Of a stretch of 64,000 nucleotides of DNA, positions 27,018-40,564 are shown in pieces. Position numbers and translations under genes: made by a program. Where the stretch lies: NCBI RefSeq assembly GCF_000485595.1, contig NW_014577090.1, forward strand, positions 616,432 through 680,431, given 5' to 3'. Position 1 is the first letter of the stretch; each line of letters starts with the position of its first letter. The stretch comes from Priapulus caudatus. Lineage: Eukaryota. The notes under the pieces were generated by a model that was not told where the DNA came from, searched no databases, and saw nothing but the letters and a program-made list of their open reading frames with translations.

Positions 27018-28951
27018 GTGCGTGTGTGTATGTGTGTGCGTTGTGTTGTATTTAGTTGTATTTGTATGTATGTATATGCTATAGGTCCCGTGGTGGGTGC
27101 ATTGCCTGCCCATGCAGCGTTTAATGGCACGGTTTGTTTATACCCGATATTCGCCTCCCTCAGTAAAATATATATCCATTGACTGTAGATGTTGCGTCTG
27201 AATAACCTATCCCAATATTTGCTCATTCACTAGGACACCTATCCACGTGAGTTTAACAATTACGGAGGCGTGAGTTACATTCTCACAGGAGTTAATAAAG
27301 ACAATTTGTCTTTATTAACTCCTGATTCTCATAATGTTATTTTATCTATAAATTCTGAAGGTCGATTCTTGCTGCATCAATGTGTCAGCATGAGACCGCT
27401 TTAACTCACATACACGTACAAAATCTAAATACCATCACATATCCAAAGCATCATGAATTCCATCTAGAGACATGCTATGACTCTAAATTTATTTAACTTA
27501 TGCATATAACATTAATAACCGCGTAGCCTAGAGCTACGTACGCGATGCATCAACAGCGAAAAAATGACAGACAAAATATGACAGAAGCTTACCTTGATAT
27601 CACTATGCGTGTGGTGATGTATGCAGATGGCGCCACATTACACTGATCCAACGATACTAGGGAGGGCGACAGCAAAACGCGTTAGCCACACTCTAGCGCG
27701 ATACTATACAGTCGCCGTGTTCAACCCTACGCGCACGCAGTCACGCGCAGTTCTAGTACAATTAAACCGCGCGACGAATTTACAGGCGCCGCTTCGCGTA
27801 GACCTATCCGCCACGGATTATCTTTATACCGAATTACAAATCGATCCCCGCTTACGGCGGCTGACACAATCTCAGCTAATAACTGATGCATGACAGCGTC
27901 AAATCTCTCAGATCAACGCCGTTGCGTAAGATGCGCGCGTGTTGCTAATTAGTATCACCGAGGCGCTGATGAGTTTGTTCTATTATTGTACGCTGCTATA
28001 TATATATATATTATATATATATCATAAAGCGTAAGACGCGCAGCTGCGCGGACTTAGACAAAGCATGTCGCTATAGATGCAGCGTGTACGTGGTAATTAA
28101 CAACTACACAGGCTCGGGGCCGTACAATACGTATAATGCACGCGGCTATGAGCGTGCGTGTGCGCGTGCGCATGTGTGTGCGTACGTGTGTGTATCTGTG
28201 CATGTGGGTGATTGCGTAAGCTCGCGCGTGTGGTGTTTGTCTATTACCATGTTTAACTAATACTTTCATAAGTGTAAATAAAGTAATTTAAATTAAATTT
28301 AATTTAATTTAATTGTGTGCGTGCGGGTGTGCGTGGGCTCGGCGTATATGTGCGTGCAGTCGAGCAGGCGGCCGTGTGCGCGCAGCGCCTCCTTGACCTT
28401 CACCGCAATCGTGATCTTAATACGATTACCGTCTTCTCCAAACATGTCTTGAACAAACGACCACGCATGCACGCGCGCCCCCTATACGCCCACACGTGAG
28501 CGCACGCACACTCGCGCACGCACGCACCTGTCTGTGTGCTTGTGCAATATTTGTAAGAATAATGCGCTTGCCTCGTTATGTAATCATTAGGTATATTTAC
28601 TGCGTTATGTCTATATCAGCAGGACGGTGCTGTATATATCTATATAAACGTTCGGCATCGACGTCCGCTGTCGTCTGTGACCACCCGCCGGGTAAAGCCG
28701 TCGTGTCTCGCCTATACTCTCACTGTCACGTAGTTTATCGATTACATGGTAGATGTCGTTAGCGTCGCGCACACGATAATGGCAGATGCTGATTAATTTC
28801 CGGCGAGTGTTTCGAGTCAATATTTTGATTCCGTGAATTCACCCCTGACAGGACCGGTGCCCTCAAGCCGACGCCATCGCCGTTCAGTAAAGGCCGACAG
28901 TATATATAATAGCTGTCAAACCATATATCTATGGTTTCAGTTACATATAAT

Positions 28952-28989
28952 CAAGAGCTCATAATTGAGCTGTCTATTATGAGCTCTTG
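28952..28989. mobile_element. 38-bp hairpin micro-MITE
   Basis: CAAGAGCTCATAAT...ATTATGAGCTCTTG flanked by direct repeat ATATAAT; termini resemble those of 33919-34256. Confidence 0.6.
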
Positions 28990-29447
28990 ATATAATGTTA
29001 CATAGATCTGTATTCTATATCTATGGTCAAACCAGTGACACTGCTCGCTCGCGGCTTCCCTATTCATGCAGAGGACACCTATTTCGCATAGAAATCGAAA
29101 GTATTTGGTCACGGAATTATTTCGTCTGTTTTGCGTGTGTAACTGACGACGTTCTGGAGTTCGTGTCATGTTCATTCACTGGAATAGTCATTCGTTCGGT
29201 AGCTTAGTATCTCTTAAACAGCAGCGGCTATCATTCCACTTCAGCCACCAACAAATAATAATATTAACTTTATATATAAAATACAAAATATATTATATAT
29301 AATATATATATATATATATACAAATATATTATATACAAAATGAATATATGTATTTATTATATATACATTTTTATTTTGCTTTCAGACGTACGTTGGTGTG
29401 ACGCAGTCACCGAGGAGCGCATCGCAGGTGATTGCGAGCGACCATCT

Positions 29448-29660
29448 AATTCTGATGGCAGTATTCCCTTGCTAGGGGGACGTGTTGAGGGCTACAGGCT
29501 GCGGTAGATAATTCTGATGGCAGTATCCCCTTGCTAGGGGACGTGTTGCGGGCTACAGGCTGCGGTAGATAACTCTTATGGCAGTATCCCCTTGCTAGGG
29601 GGACGTGTTGAGGGCTACAGGCTGCGGTAGATAACTCTGATGGCAGTATACCCTTGCTAG
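29448..29660. repeat. ~61-bp minisatellite, ~3.5 copies
   Basis: Unit AATTCTGATGGCAGTATCCCCTTGCTAGGGGGACGTGTTGAGGGCTACAGGCTGCGGTAGAT repeated. Confidence 0.9.
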
Positions 29661-30529
29661 AAGGGAGATTGAGGGCAAAACATATGTATGAAGAATAAAA
29701 TATCTTCGTCACGCAATAGAGATCACATCACTATTCGTCAGGGGCACGTCAGCGCAATCACACGAAAAGATACGACCTTATATGGAGTGCAGATCGAAAC
29801 TAATATATCGATTTACAAATATATTGTAATCACGCAGTTTACACGAATGTAGCTGCAGACGACAGTTGCAGAAGACAATCGGTCTGTATCGGTGCTATTC
29901 CTGACCAGATTAATCATTCATTAACCAAACCAGTCGCGAAACACGCGAGGACAGTAAGGCTGCCTCTTTTTGGTAAAACGACCCATGCCCTCGATTGAGC
30001 CAGCTTCCCTTCCATGTGGTCTTGTTCAACCGGCTATCAAATCCTGTTTTTATTACTACTGCAACTATCGTGTGCAGCTACATTCGTGAGAACTGCACGA
30101 TTACAATATAAGTAATCGATGTTTGCTTTACGCGCTTATATTAACTGGAAAGAAAAATGCATGCGATTCCGTAGCGCCACCTATTGTCGGATTATGTTCA
30201 AATGCGTGTGATATCAAGAGATGTGGTTCGAAATGACTTAATATTCTTACACGTCGCGTTTTTCTCAACGAAGCACTTCTATATATATATATATATATCT
30301 ATCATATGATTCCAACGTATTTATAGCTGTATTATGCGCATTATTCAGATGCGCACAATCAGTGTATGGGTATGTATAAATTGGGGCAATAAAATTATGG
30401 CAATCTAGATCACGCGACTGCCATGATTCGCAGGCAAATAATCAAATTCTCACTGAATAGAAAGTTCGCAACAAAACGCGGCGAAATCAGAATTTACAGT
30501 GTTTACATTATAATTCATAATGTGTGTGC

Positions 30530-30560
<31 letters not shown>

Positions 30561-31192
30561 CATGCGTGCGTGCGTGTGTGTGTGCGTGCGTGCGTGCGTG
30601 TGTGCGTGGGTGTGTGGGCGTATACCATGAATAGAAAACTCAGTAACAGGTTTTTTGTAGTAGAAATACGAAAAAGGAAGCCATTTATTGCTGACTGCCG
30701 TACGTAGCAAAACACACGAGTTTTTAAGGTTTACAATAACACACATGCGCACAACTGCCCGCGCCCTCCCAGCAGCAGCACGATGTCCGCACATAGCCTC
30801 CCTATCGTCTATACAGCCTACTGGGGTCTATCTGCTAGTCGGTCTGTCTGTCTATCTGCATGTGTCTATCTGTCTGACTGTCTGTCTGTCGGTCTGTCTG
30901 CCTATCTGTTTGTATTTCTGCCTATCTGTATGTCTAACTCTCTGTCTGTCTGTCTGTCTTACAGTTTCCACCCCACACAGCGCGCGAGGCCAGTTCGTGG
31001 TGCTCCACGCCGAAATAAATAGCATATGACGCGTTGTAACCGTGTCCAGCAGTAATGGGTATATACGTATATATATATATATATATACTAGCATCCGTTC
31101 GTACACACATGGCTGCTGCTGCTGCTTACGTAACGCTAACTGAAACTCGACGCAGCAGCAGCAGCAGCGTCAATACAGTAGTATTAATAGTA

Positions 31193-31223
<31 letters not shown>

Positions 31224-33918
31224 GTAGTAGTAGTAGTAATACTAGTAGTAGATGATGATGCTGGCAGAACACAGTCTTATACATGACTAGATCAAATAGC
31301 GGATATCACAATTAGGGTGAGAAGCCCGCGCTAGAACGCTGTGTGTGTGTATGCTGCTGCTACATCTTCTCTCCATCCATCCACCAATATTACCGGAATC
31401 TGACAAACACGGGGAGGTAATACAAACAGCTGATAGACCAAAGGAGGGAAGGGGAGAGGAGATGAGGGAAGGGGAGATGAGAGAAGGGAAAGGAGAGGAG
31501 ATGAGAGAAGGGTGAGGGTGAGCAAGGTAAAGCGGGAGCCGGAGAGGAGAGCGCGAGGAAGGGGGTGAAGGCAGGAGGGTGAGAATGGAATAATGAAAAG
31601 GAGAGGAGACGGGAGAAAGGGAAAGGTTGGACGCATGGATGAGAGATTCGTTGACGTATGGCAGTATTCGGAGCTATCGTCATAACGGCAGTCGTACATG
31701 AATAGTGTACGCGGAACAGAAACATACCTATATTCATGTGGTACTGATCATGACAGCTCTATACCGTACCGCACGGGCCAGGCCCCTGTGCTGCTATCGC
31801 TACGGTGCCACCACGGGCACTTGAAACGTTTCAATATTAGAATTATGGTAAATATACCATATTAATTACATTACATTATCCATTAATTATGGTAATTAAT
31901 GTTTCTCTACTCTCCTTCGCTTATTATTAGCCGAAATAAGCCTATTATTAGTCTAAATGAGCCTATTATTAGCTTACAGATAGCTTTCTGTAAATGCCGT
32001 TCAAATTCTTCTCTACAACAAACGAGTACACCACACGCACGCCGCTGTGCACAAACAACAAAGTTACAGAGTTTTGTTGTTTTGTGCACAGCGTTCTGCC
32101 TTATCATTCTTATGCCATTTAACTTAGCGACCGATTCGTCACACATACAATTTGAAGCAAGAAAGCGTGAGACCTGCTACTACTGAGCCCCCCCCCCCCC
32201 CACACACACACACGCACGCGTGCACTGACTAGCGCGGTGCTTTCACAAACACTACTAAAACCTGATCACTGCAAACTCATGCTTAATGTAATATTCACTA
32301 ACTACGTGTAACATGTGTAGAATATACCCTGCTATGTTGTGAGCGCATTCCAGAACACATGAGCGTGACACTTTACTTGAACAGCTCTCCAGGGTAAAAT
32401 GATATGATCTAGTTCATGTCAAATAGACCATGTATAAAAATGAAACATTGACCTACGACTTAAAATTTTGACATCGCACAAAACGGATGTACCCTATTCT
32501 ACAATAATGACTAGTTTTCTGATTACACACGTAGGCCTATATATATATATATACGCGCGCGGTTGTGCTGTGTGTAGTGTCGTATATACGTATGCGTGTG
32601 CGTGCGTGAGTGCGTGTGTGTCTGTCTGCCTGTCTGTGCATCTGCGTGTGCCTGCGCGTCTGCGCGTGTGACTGCGTGTGTGCGTGCGTGAGTGCGTGTG
32701 TGTCTGTCTGCCTGTCTGTGCATCTGCGTGTGCCTGCGCGTCTGCGCGTGTGACTGCGTGTGTGCGTGCGTGTATGTGTGCATACGTGCGTGCGTGCGTA
32801 TCATTAGAGAAAGAGCAAATAGAAATAGCATGACTGCGAGTGGCCTTTTTAGTAACACTAAACTTAAGTAGTTATTATGGATAAATTTCCACTCGTGAAA
32901 GAAATCACCAAATACTCATCAATAATTACATCATTTAAATAATTGAAGGCAATAAAATTTGTGAATTATCAATTAATTAATTCTTAATTGAACCAGTTAG
33001 TTCAATTTTAGATCTTAAGTAGATCTTAGTAGATCTTTAGTTATTAACCAAATTATAATATCAAGTTTCAATGTAGGTTGGTTGCGACTGTGCGTGTATA
33101 TACGTAGCCTCACTTGTTTGTAACCATACTTGTGAGAGTTTACATGTACGCGTGTATGCTTGTGAGTAACTGTGTGTGTGTCGCTGCGTGCATATGGCTT
33201 TGCTTGATTGTGGATGTGTTTGTACTGACGTGTGTACCTGCGTTCCTATTTCTATGTGTGCATGTGTGTGCAAACTGTGCATGCACGAGTGTCTATATTG
33301 GTGCGCATGTTTACCTGTGTACGTGCGTACGTGCGTACGTGCGTGTGTGCATGTGTGAGTGTTTGCGTGAATACATGCGCATGTAAAAACCTTAGATCTG
33401 TTTAGGTTTCTTGACATCTAAATACGTTAGCACTGATTAATATGGTAATTACTAGTGTTGTACATGAATTTTTCTCGGTGGATTTACCTCATGCCCATAC
33501 CGGAAAAACAGAGGTCCATACCCAGTGCTGCCGACTAGTGGATAAAGTAATGACAATGCAGCCATCACTATACTAGGTATGATGTTATATGGGCAAGCAC
33601 GAAAAGACTCAAATCACACGCCCGACAAACTGTAATAGTTTTAGTTCAATAAAATTATCATTAGAAATATAATCAATCTAACATGTTCCGGCTTGCTATC
33701 ATAACCTTTTTACCTTAACCTGCAGACGCTGATTTTTCCTCTGCTTCGCCTCCCACGAATTGAAAACCTAAACTGCACAGTGGGGTTCTATCAAACAATG
33801 AAATGACTACCATCATAAGTCTCGGTTTGGGTTGGTCGTTGTCTAGCTTTATGTAGCATTGGGGTTCGCATCCAAAGCATTAGCAGGGCAGATAGTCATT
33901 CCTTTGTTGGATGGATAC

Positions 33919-34256
33919 CAAGAGTCCATAATAGAGCCTCTGTTAGGTCTCTATTAAGGCTGAGAGGGTCTATGTCTCCCTGGATACTGCCGGAACGTAC
34001 CCTGGGTACGGTCCGGTATACCGGAACGTACCCTGGTACTATCTAATATGCCGGACCGTACTTCGCCTACTCCACTAACGAGTCTAGGGAGTCGCCTACG
34101 CCTACTCCCTAACCCTAACCCTAACCATATCAGATAGTTACCAGGGTACGTTCCGATAATACCGGACCGTACCCAGGGTACGTTCCGGCAGTACCCTGCG
34201 GGACATAGACCCTATGAGCTCTATTAATCTAATAGGGTCTCTATTACGGACTCTTG
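33919..34256. mobile_element. Small 8-bp-TSD MITE hosting a nested MITE
   Basis: TIR CAAGAGTCCATAATAGAG / CTCTATTACGGACTCTTG; TSD ATGGATAC at 33911-33918 and 34257-34264. Confidence 0.8.
33959..34219. mobile_element. 9-bp-TSD (Mutator-like) MITE with internal (CCCTAA)n
   Basis: TIR GCTGAGAGGGTCTATGTC / GACATAGACCCTATGAGC; TSD TCTATTAAG / TCTATTAAT (one mismatch). Confidence 0.85.
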
Positions 34257-35557
34257 ATGGATACTAAACTATAGTGAATAATATCAATACAGGCAACAAC
34301 AAACAAGTGTGCCACCAGTTTAAAACTAGCACTCGTTTGGCGTAGCACACAGCAAGAGGATACAAACTACGTTAGATGGGACCTAAGGAGACTTTCCCCA
34401 CGCTCATGCTATCCTGTAGCAGCACTTCACATAGTTAGTGAAAAAATTCCAATATACAATATGTTCATTATATACAAGGTTAAAAAAGAGTGATTATGGC
34501 TTCTAGAAATCATGCGAGGGTGACACCAAAATTCACCCTGAGAAAAAACAAAACAAATGTAAAACAAATGCCTGTCAGGTTCTAACGGACATGCTAATGT
34601 AGTCAACGTGGCTATACAAACCAAAAAACAACGCATCCAGAATTCAAGAGAACCGTGGGTTTTAGGGTTTTAAGACGAAAGAAAATTGCACCGTATAATT
34701 GTGAAGATAACGTCAGACAAGTAGTGACCCACAGACACCGCACACCCTTAAAGATTTTTGTTCTACAATATTCTCAACTAAATATGCTATATTTCACTAT
34801 TGCATAGACTGATAAAAACAGAGTTACTCAGGATTATCCTGTGTTATGCAGCAGCTGTTGTGCTGTGTGACCTTACCATGACCTCACAATATGTGTCCAT
34901 GAAGTGTACATACTGAGGACTTGGGGGAATTTACCGGTTCACTGAATTCCTCTACGTTTATCTATTAATTTTCAACAGGATAAAATTACAATGAATTACT
35001 CATGATGCCAATATGGCACATATATGAGCACTATAAAGGAAAGCTTTTGAACAAACAATCATTCATGAGTTTTGCCAAAATTTCTAAAACTCAAACTGTG
35101 TTCCAATATTATGAATAAACAACCAAGACTTCTAATCCTGCTTCCCGACCAGGTGGCACTTTAAATTGTGCTTTTCTACTTACGTAACTTTAACAATTCA
35201 TACAATCTCTCTATAATTTTGAGGTGGCCTTCTCTGACAACCATAAATAGAGGTGAGGCGTAGACCAAGTCTAACTAAAATAAATTATTATAAAATTGTA
35301 ATAAGTTAATAAACAAATAATAAAATATTGGCTCAAACCTCAAACCTCGCTTATAAACAGTCACAGCCCACTCAAATAACTTTGCATACACTTTTCTAAA
35401 AAAAAGTGTAGACCTATGTATACAAAAAACAAAATGGCACCCCAAGATACAACCTGAAGGCAGGTGAGCATCTCCTCATGGCAAAACGTCACATTCACCC
35501 CGCATGCATCTGTGCATGGACGAATAATTGCTGTGTTGTCTGGTAACCGGCTAACCT

Positions 35558-35751
35558 TTAAACGGCCGTCACGTGATCGTCGAGACCGAACGGCTCGTTG
35601 CTGCGAATGCTGTGCCGTGAGCTGGTGCGGGAAACAGAGAGCGAACCGTTCGAATCCGCACAGCGCCCCCTGTGGCCGGAAAGCTGCGACAGGTTTGAGT
35701 GAGTGCTACTGGAGCGAGAACTGGTGAGGGCTGCCAGGTCATCTTCATCAT
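35558..35751 (-). CDS. LDLa-TM protein, last exon (cytoplasmic tail with PDZ-binding motif)
   Basis: tctgcag acceptor, phase 1: DDEDDLAALTSSRSSS...PFGLDDHVTAV*. Confidence 0.75.
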
Positions 35752-36260
35752 CTGCAGATAGATGGCGAGACTGTAGCACGCAGTGATACATGACAAGCGT
35801 AATAGTAATTTTGATTAATAATTAATTTAACTCATTACTTAAATAGCTTTTATGAGCAGAGTGATTTCTAATGGCAGTTACGAATTATTAATTAGTCAGT
35901 ACATTTAGTCAGTGTCCATGCTGGGGCATATTACTAACACATGTTCAGTCACAGGCAAGCTGTATAAATAGCAACTATGGGTCACATCTCTTTGGGGCTC
36001 TTATCTTTCTGTGAGATTGTAAAGTGGTATGTATGTGTGCGTGCGTTCGAGCGTGCGTGCGTTCGTGCGTGCGTGCGTGCAGTGAGACTGTGTTGCAGAA
36101 GAACAGCATTTACTTGAAATTATTAGTTGATAGAGAAAACATAGAGACACTGGTAGTAAATACAATTTGTGTTCATTTACAAACTTTTTACTATTGAAAC
36201 GGTCCATGTGCCTGTTCGTATGATGTGTAGCGTAGTACACTAAGTACAGTGCTTACTCAC

Positions 36261-36353
36261 CTCGCTGCACACTCATTAGGTGCCGATATTTTCCAGGACT
36301 CTTGAGGTATGATGAGAATGTCTTTGGTCGATTCTTTGGCAATTTAAGTTCAC
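36261..36353 (-). CDS. LDLa-TM protein, juxtamembrane cytoplasmic exon
   Basis: ttctag acceptor, G|gtgagt donor, 93 nt, phase 1-1, open frame GELKLPKNRPKTFSSYLKSPGKYRHLMSVQR. Confidence 0.72.
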
Positions 36354-36611
36354 CTAGAATTTATTAAAAGTAGCCACTTTAGATAAGACACTTAAAGCAT
36401 ACCACTGAGGAAAAATTAACACTCGCCCAGTCACCCCAGGACGGTAAAAATAATGCTGACCCCCAGAATTTCATCAGAAGATCGCCTAAAAAGTGAGGAT
36501 TTGTTTGCACAGGTAAACATAACATAATCTGCGGAATCACTATATTCTGAGTCCTAGGACTACACCAATGCAATTCGCTTGCCATTTCCTAAAATCCTGA
36601 TACATATTTTG

Positions 36612-38315
36612 GCTGAAGGGGTGGTTGTCGTATCAGGTACTACAGATATGTACCCGAGGTACGTATATGTATACACAAGTGTACCAGACCTGTATCTTCT
36701 CAGCATATATGTACCCTGTGTTTACATAAACGTACCTGCCCCTGAGATGGAGATCGAATGAAGACGGTCATGGAGGAGGAGTAGGGGGCAGGAGGAGGAG
36801 GAGGAGGAGGAGGAGGGAGGAGGAGGAGAATGAGGGAAGAAGGCGATGGAGTAGGGCGAGGAGGAGGAGAGGAGGAGGAGGAGGAGGAGGGGGAGGAGTT
36901 GAGGAGAATATGATGGTAGGGGCAAGGAAGAAAAGGGAGAGAGAAGAGGAGGAGCGGGAGGACAGAAAGAATCGAAATGAAGACGTCATAGGAGATGGAG
37001 TAATGGGCTAGAAAGAGAGGAAGGAAGAGAGGGAGAAGGTGATGAGTAGTGCAGTGTAGGGAGGAGGAAGAGAGGCAGGTTAGGAGGAGAAGCGATGCAG
37101 AGAAGAGACAGGTGATGAGTAGGAGGAGCATGAGGGAGGAGTAAGTGAGGGGAGAAGTTGCGATGGAGGTGGAGTGGCGAGAAGTAGTAGGAGAGAGAAG
37201 CGAGGAGAGGAGAGAGGCGTGATGGAGAGGAATACGGAGTAGATCACCCTTCATCAATCCTTGCTCATCTATCACTGTCCCCTTCCTCCTGCGCTACCTA
37301 TCTCCCATCCTCTCTCCTTCTGCCGCCCCCTACTCCCCTCGGCATCACGCTTCTCCCCTCCTCCTCCTTCACCATCTCCAGACACCTTCTCCCTCCTCCT
37401 CCTGCCTCCTGCCTCCGCCTCCTACCCACACCCTTGCCTCTCCTCCTTCACGCCCCCTCCTGCCTGCCGCCTTCTCGCATGGCCGACACCTTGCTTCCCT
37501 CCCTGCCTCTCCTCCTGCCAGACCGTCTTTCATCGACTTCGCATCACCAGTTCGTCTCCACGCCTCTGCTCCCGCTTCCCGCCCTCCCCGCGCCTCCATC
37601 CTCCTCCTGCCTCGACCCTACAGCCCATCACCTTTTCCCCCTCCTCCTCATGCCTCCTCGTCGCCCTTGCCGCCCCCTTACCGCCCCTCCACGACCGATC
37701 TTCATTCGACTCTCCCCATGGCACCCTTCTCCCGCCTCGCTCCTCCTCCCCCTCCTCCCATCTTTGCCCCTCCGTCCCCCTACTCCATCACTCTTCTCCC
37801 CCTCCTCCTCCTGCCTCCTCCTCCTGCCCGCTCCCGACTACTTCCACCTCCATGACCATCATTCATTCGATCTCGGCAACACGCATTCTCTGCTCTCCTC
37901 CTGCCCAGCTGCCTCCTCCCCCTACTCATCACCTTTCTCGCCCCTCCTCCTGCCTGCCCTCCTCCTCCTGCCTCCGCCCCCTACTCCTCCCCCCATGACC
38001 GTCTCATTCGATCTCGCATCACCTTTCCTGGCTTCCTCCTCCTCCCTTCGCTCACCTCCTCCCTCTCCTGCGCTCCCCCCCCCTACCCAATCACCTCCGA
38101 CCCCTCCACCTCCTCTGCCCGCCACTCCCTCCATGACTCGGCTCAATATCGATCTCCACCTCAGGGGCATTTGACGTTTATTAAATCACAGGGTACAGCT
38201 AATATGCTGAGACGATAACAGGTCTGGTACCTGGTAACATACAATAACGTACCTGGTCTGGGGTACATATCTGATAGTGACCTGACCTGATACGACAACG
38301 ACCCGACCCTTCAGC
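36612..38315. mobile_element. Fold-back element with ~170-bp unique TIRs, internal GGA/TCC-rich inverted arrays and 9-bp TSD
   Basis: 36612-36790 is the reverse complement of ~38120-38315 (noisy) and of 44001-44190 (clean). CATATTTTG flanks at 36603-36611 and 44191-44199. Confidence 0.75.
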
Positions 38316-39158
38316 CATATGCCCATGAATTACGTTCAAACTATTACATAAATATTGCTAAACAACATGCTAGGAACAAGGACGCAGCAATGCTTTACTG
38401 AAAAATATCTCCGTTCCAAATATTCACGCTCTCATACGATATCATAGTATAAAGCAACCATTTTAGTATGTCAATCCGAGAACCTGATTCCCAAACTTGG
38501 GTGGCGTCGATTGCCATAAACTGGACCCCGAAAATTCTGAGCTGTTGCTATAACGTTTACTTTTAACGAGCCAGGTGGCCTATTTTTGCGGCAAATTTTA
38601 TGCATCATATATAACATGTGTTCACCTGGCCTAAAAGGTCTGGAGATGCCTTAAATTTTGTTTGGTGTTGGGTTGCGGCATTGTTCGAGTCCTAGCAAAG
38701 CGACACTGCAGTCAGCAAAGGGGCATGTGCCCCTCCAGAATTTTTTTAGAAAATGATGCAATTATTGGCATTCTTAAGAGCTATGTAGTGCCATTATACG
38801 CACTGTGCTATGGAAGCAACATGATTTTGTCCCGCCGAGGCGGTGTTCGAGAAAAGTATTGTCGTGGCGCGCTGAGAGATTGAACGTGGCGGCCTGAGCC
38901 CTCCCGTGCCAATGCAGGGGAGACACGTATCGAATATGACTCTATCACAACCTATGGACTACACACAGTCCATAAAACGGTAGAACAATTAATCTCGACA
39001 TATATCACGAACAGGAAGTTGTACATTACTACTATTTGCTCCTTGATCAACATGGCTACGCCGTCTAGACACACTGACACAACTTGCTGATATACCAAAC
39101 CAACAACCAGTCCTTGGGAGGGGCACAAACCAACGAGCACGGGGGACCACACACGTAC

Positions 39159-39313
39159 CTCTCCTGACGTGTGCGGGCGATCTCACAGCGATGACTACGC
39201 AGAAGTGATCGACGAGAACACAGGCAAACGGAAGGCACCGAGGCCATGAAATGTCCTCTAACAGTCAGGTCATACAAAGTCTATCGTCTGTCGCTATCGC
39301 CAAATGATGTCGT
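39159..39313 (-). pseudogene. Indel-rich duplicate of the TM exon (44990-45136)
   Basis: Collinear with the clean exon but frameshifted; probably sequencing error at the true position of the exon. Confidence 0.65.
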
Positions 39314-40170
39314 CTGGCAGAAAGCATGCCCTGCTTAGGTTAACCATAATACCTCATATCTATGTCGAGAACTACGTTCGAATTGTTGAACTGCAGGGAG
39401 GCTAAATATATTTTAATATGGAAATTAATATTAAGGGTCCCGGTCCAGAGCCATACTTACACTGCATGAATAGGAAATACCTCTTCACGGGGCGTCATGC
39501 AAGGATAAAAAAAATTATTACAACCACGTTGAGACACACAGGTCAACCACCACCCTAATTGAACCCAACCACCTGTCTTTTCGTCTCTGCGAAAATCACT
39601 TATGCAATCAGGTCACAAAGTAATGAATGTTTGTGAGTAGTCAAATCCAACACGATGCAGCCACGCAGAATACAACATTTGAACATTAAATAGACAGATA
39701 CAACAACATAGGCCGGCATGATAACACACACTACACTCACAACATTCATACAACCTCACACACGAACCCCGTGTATATATGTTGCCATTATTTAATATTG
39801 ACCATACGGGATACCGGCAGCCAATTTGCGACTAGGGGTACTGGCACTATGAGCTCACTGCTGATCTCCTCGCATGTGACCTATCATGTTTTCCGATACC
39901 GATGATAAGCATGAAAGCTCTTAGTATGTAGGAACCATAAGGCCATAAATATTGATGAGCCATCAGACTACGCACAAGCTCAAAAACGTGTGGCATAATC
40001 AATAACACCGATAGTGAAAGAAACGAATAAAATCTCGTTTGTCTATTAATACCGCAATACTGCAAATCATTATAGCAATAGAGTAACGTACACGAGAAAC
40101 TCATTGAATATACATAACGTTTTACTAAAACCACTCATTGTCTGACTAAACTACATGTGGGATCATTTAC

Positions 40171-40305
40171 CACATCGATTCACAGATTGTCCAAGCAGGT
40201 AAACGACTCGTCCACACATCGTCTGTGAGGTAAGAATGCAATCAACCATGTAGCAGGCAAACTGACTGTCCTGAGCATGTGGCACGCGCGTATACGCGCG
40301 GTGAA
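40171..40305 (-). pseudogene. Indel-rich duplicate of the LDLa exon (45961-46095)
   Basis: Collinear with the clean exon but frameshifted. Confidence 0.65.
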
Positions 40306-40490
40306 CTACACAAAACGTTCACCACAGTCACAAACAGTATCACACAAATATAGCGAAATCCAGGTATTTAACAAAAAGCTAACCGTGGTACACGCTCAGA
40401 GAGAGAGAGAGAGAGAGAGAGCCGAGAGAGAGAGAGAAGAGAGAGAGAGAGAAGAGGAGAGAGAAGACGAGAGAGAGAGAGAGAGACGAG

Positions 40491-40564
<74 letters not shown>

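Noticed and set aside
28310..28450. Short - strand frame MFGEDGNRIKITIAVKVKEALRAHG
   Set aside because: Protein-like but short, unrecognised, and runs into simple repeats.
29448..29660. 61-bp repeat array as a CRISPR or coding repeat
   Set aside because: Head-to-tail units with no spacers; an ordinary minisatellite.
36700..38174. Pro/Ser/Leu-rich ORFs of up to 246 aa
   Set aside because: They come from the low-complexity interior of the fold-back element.
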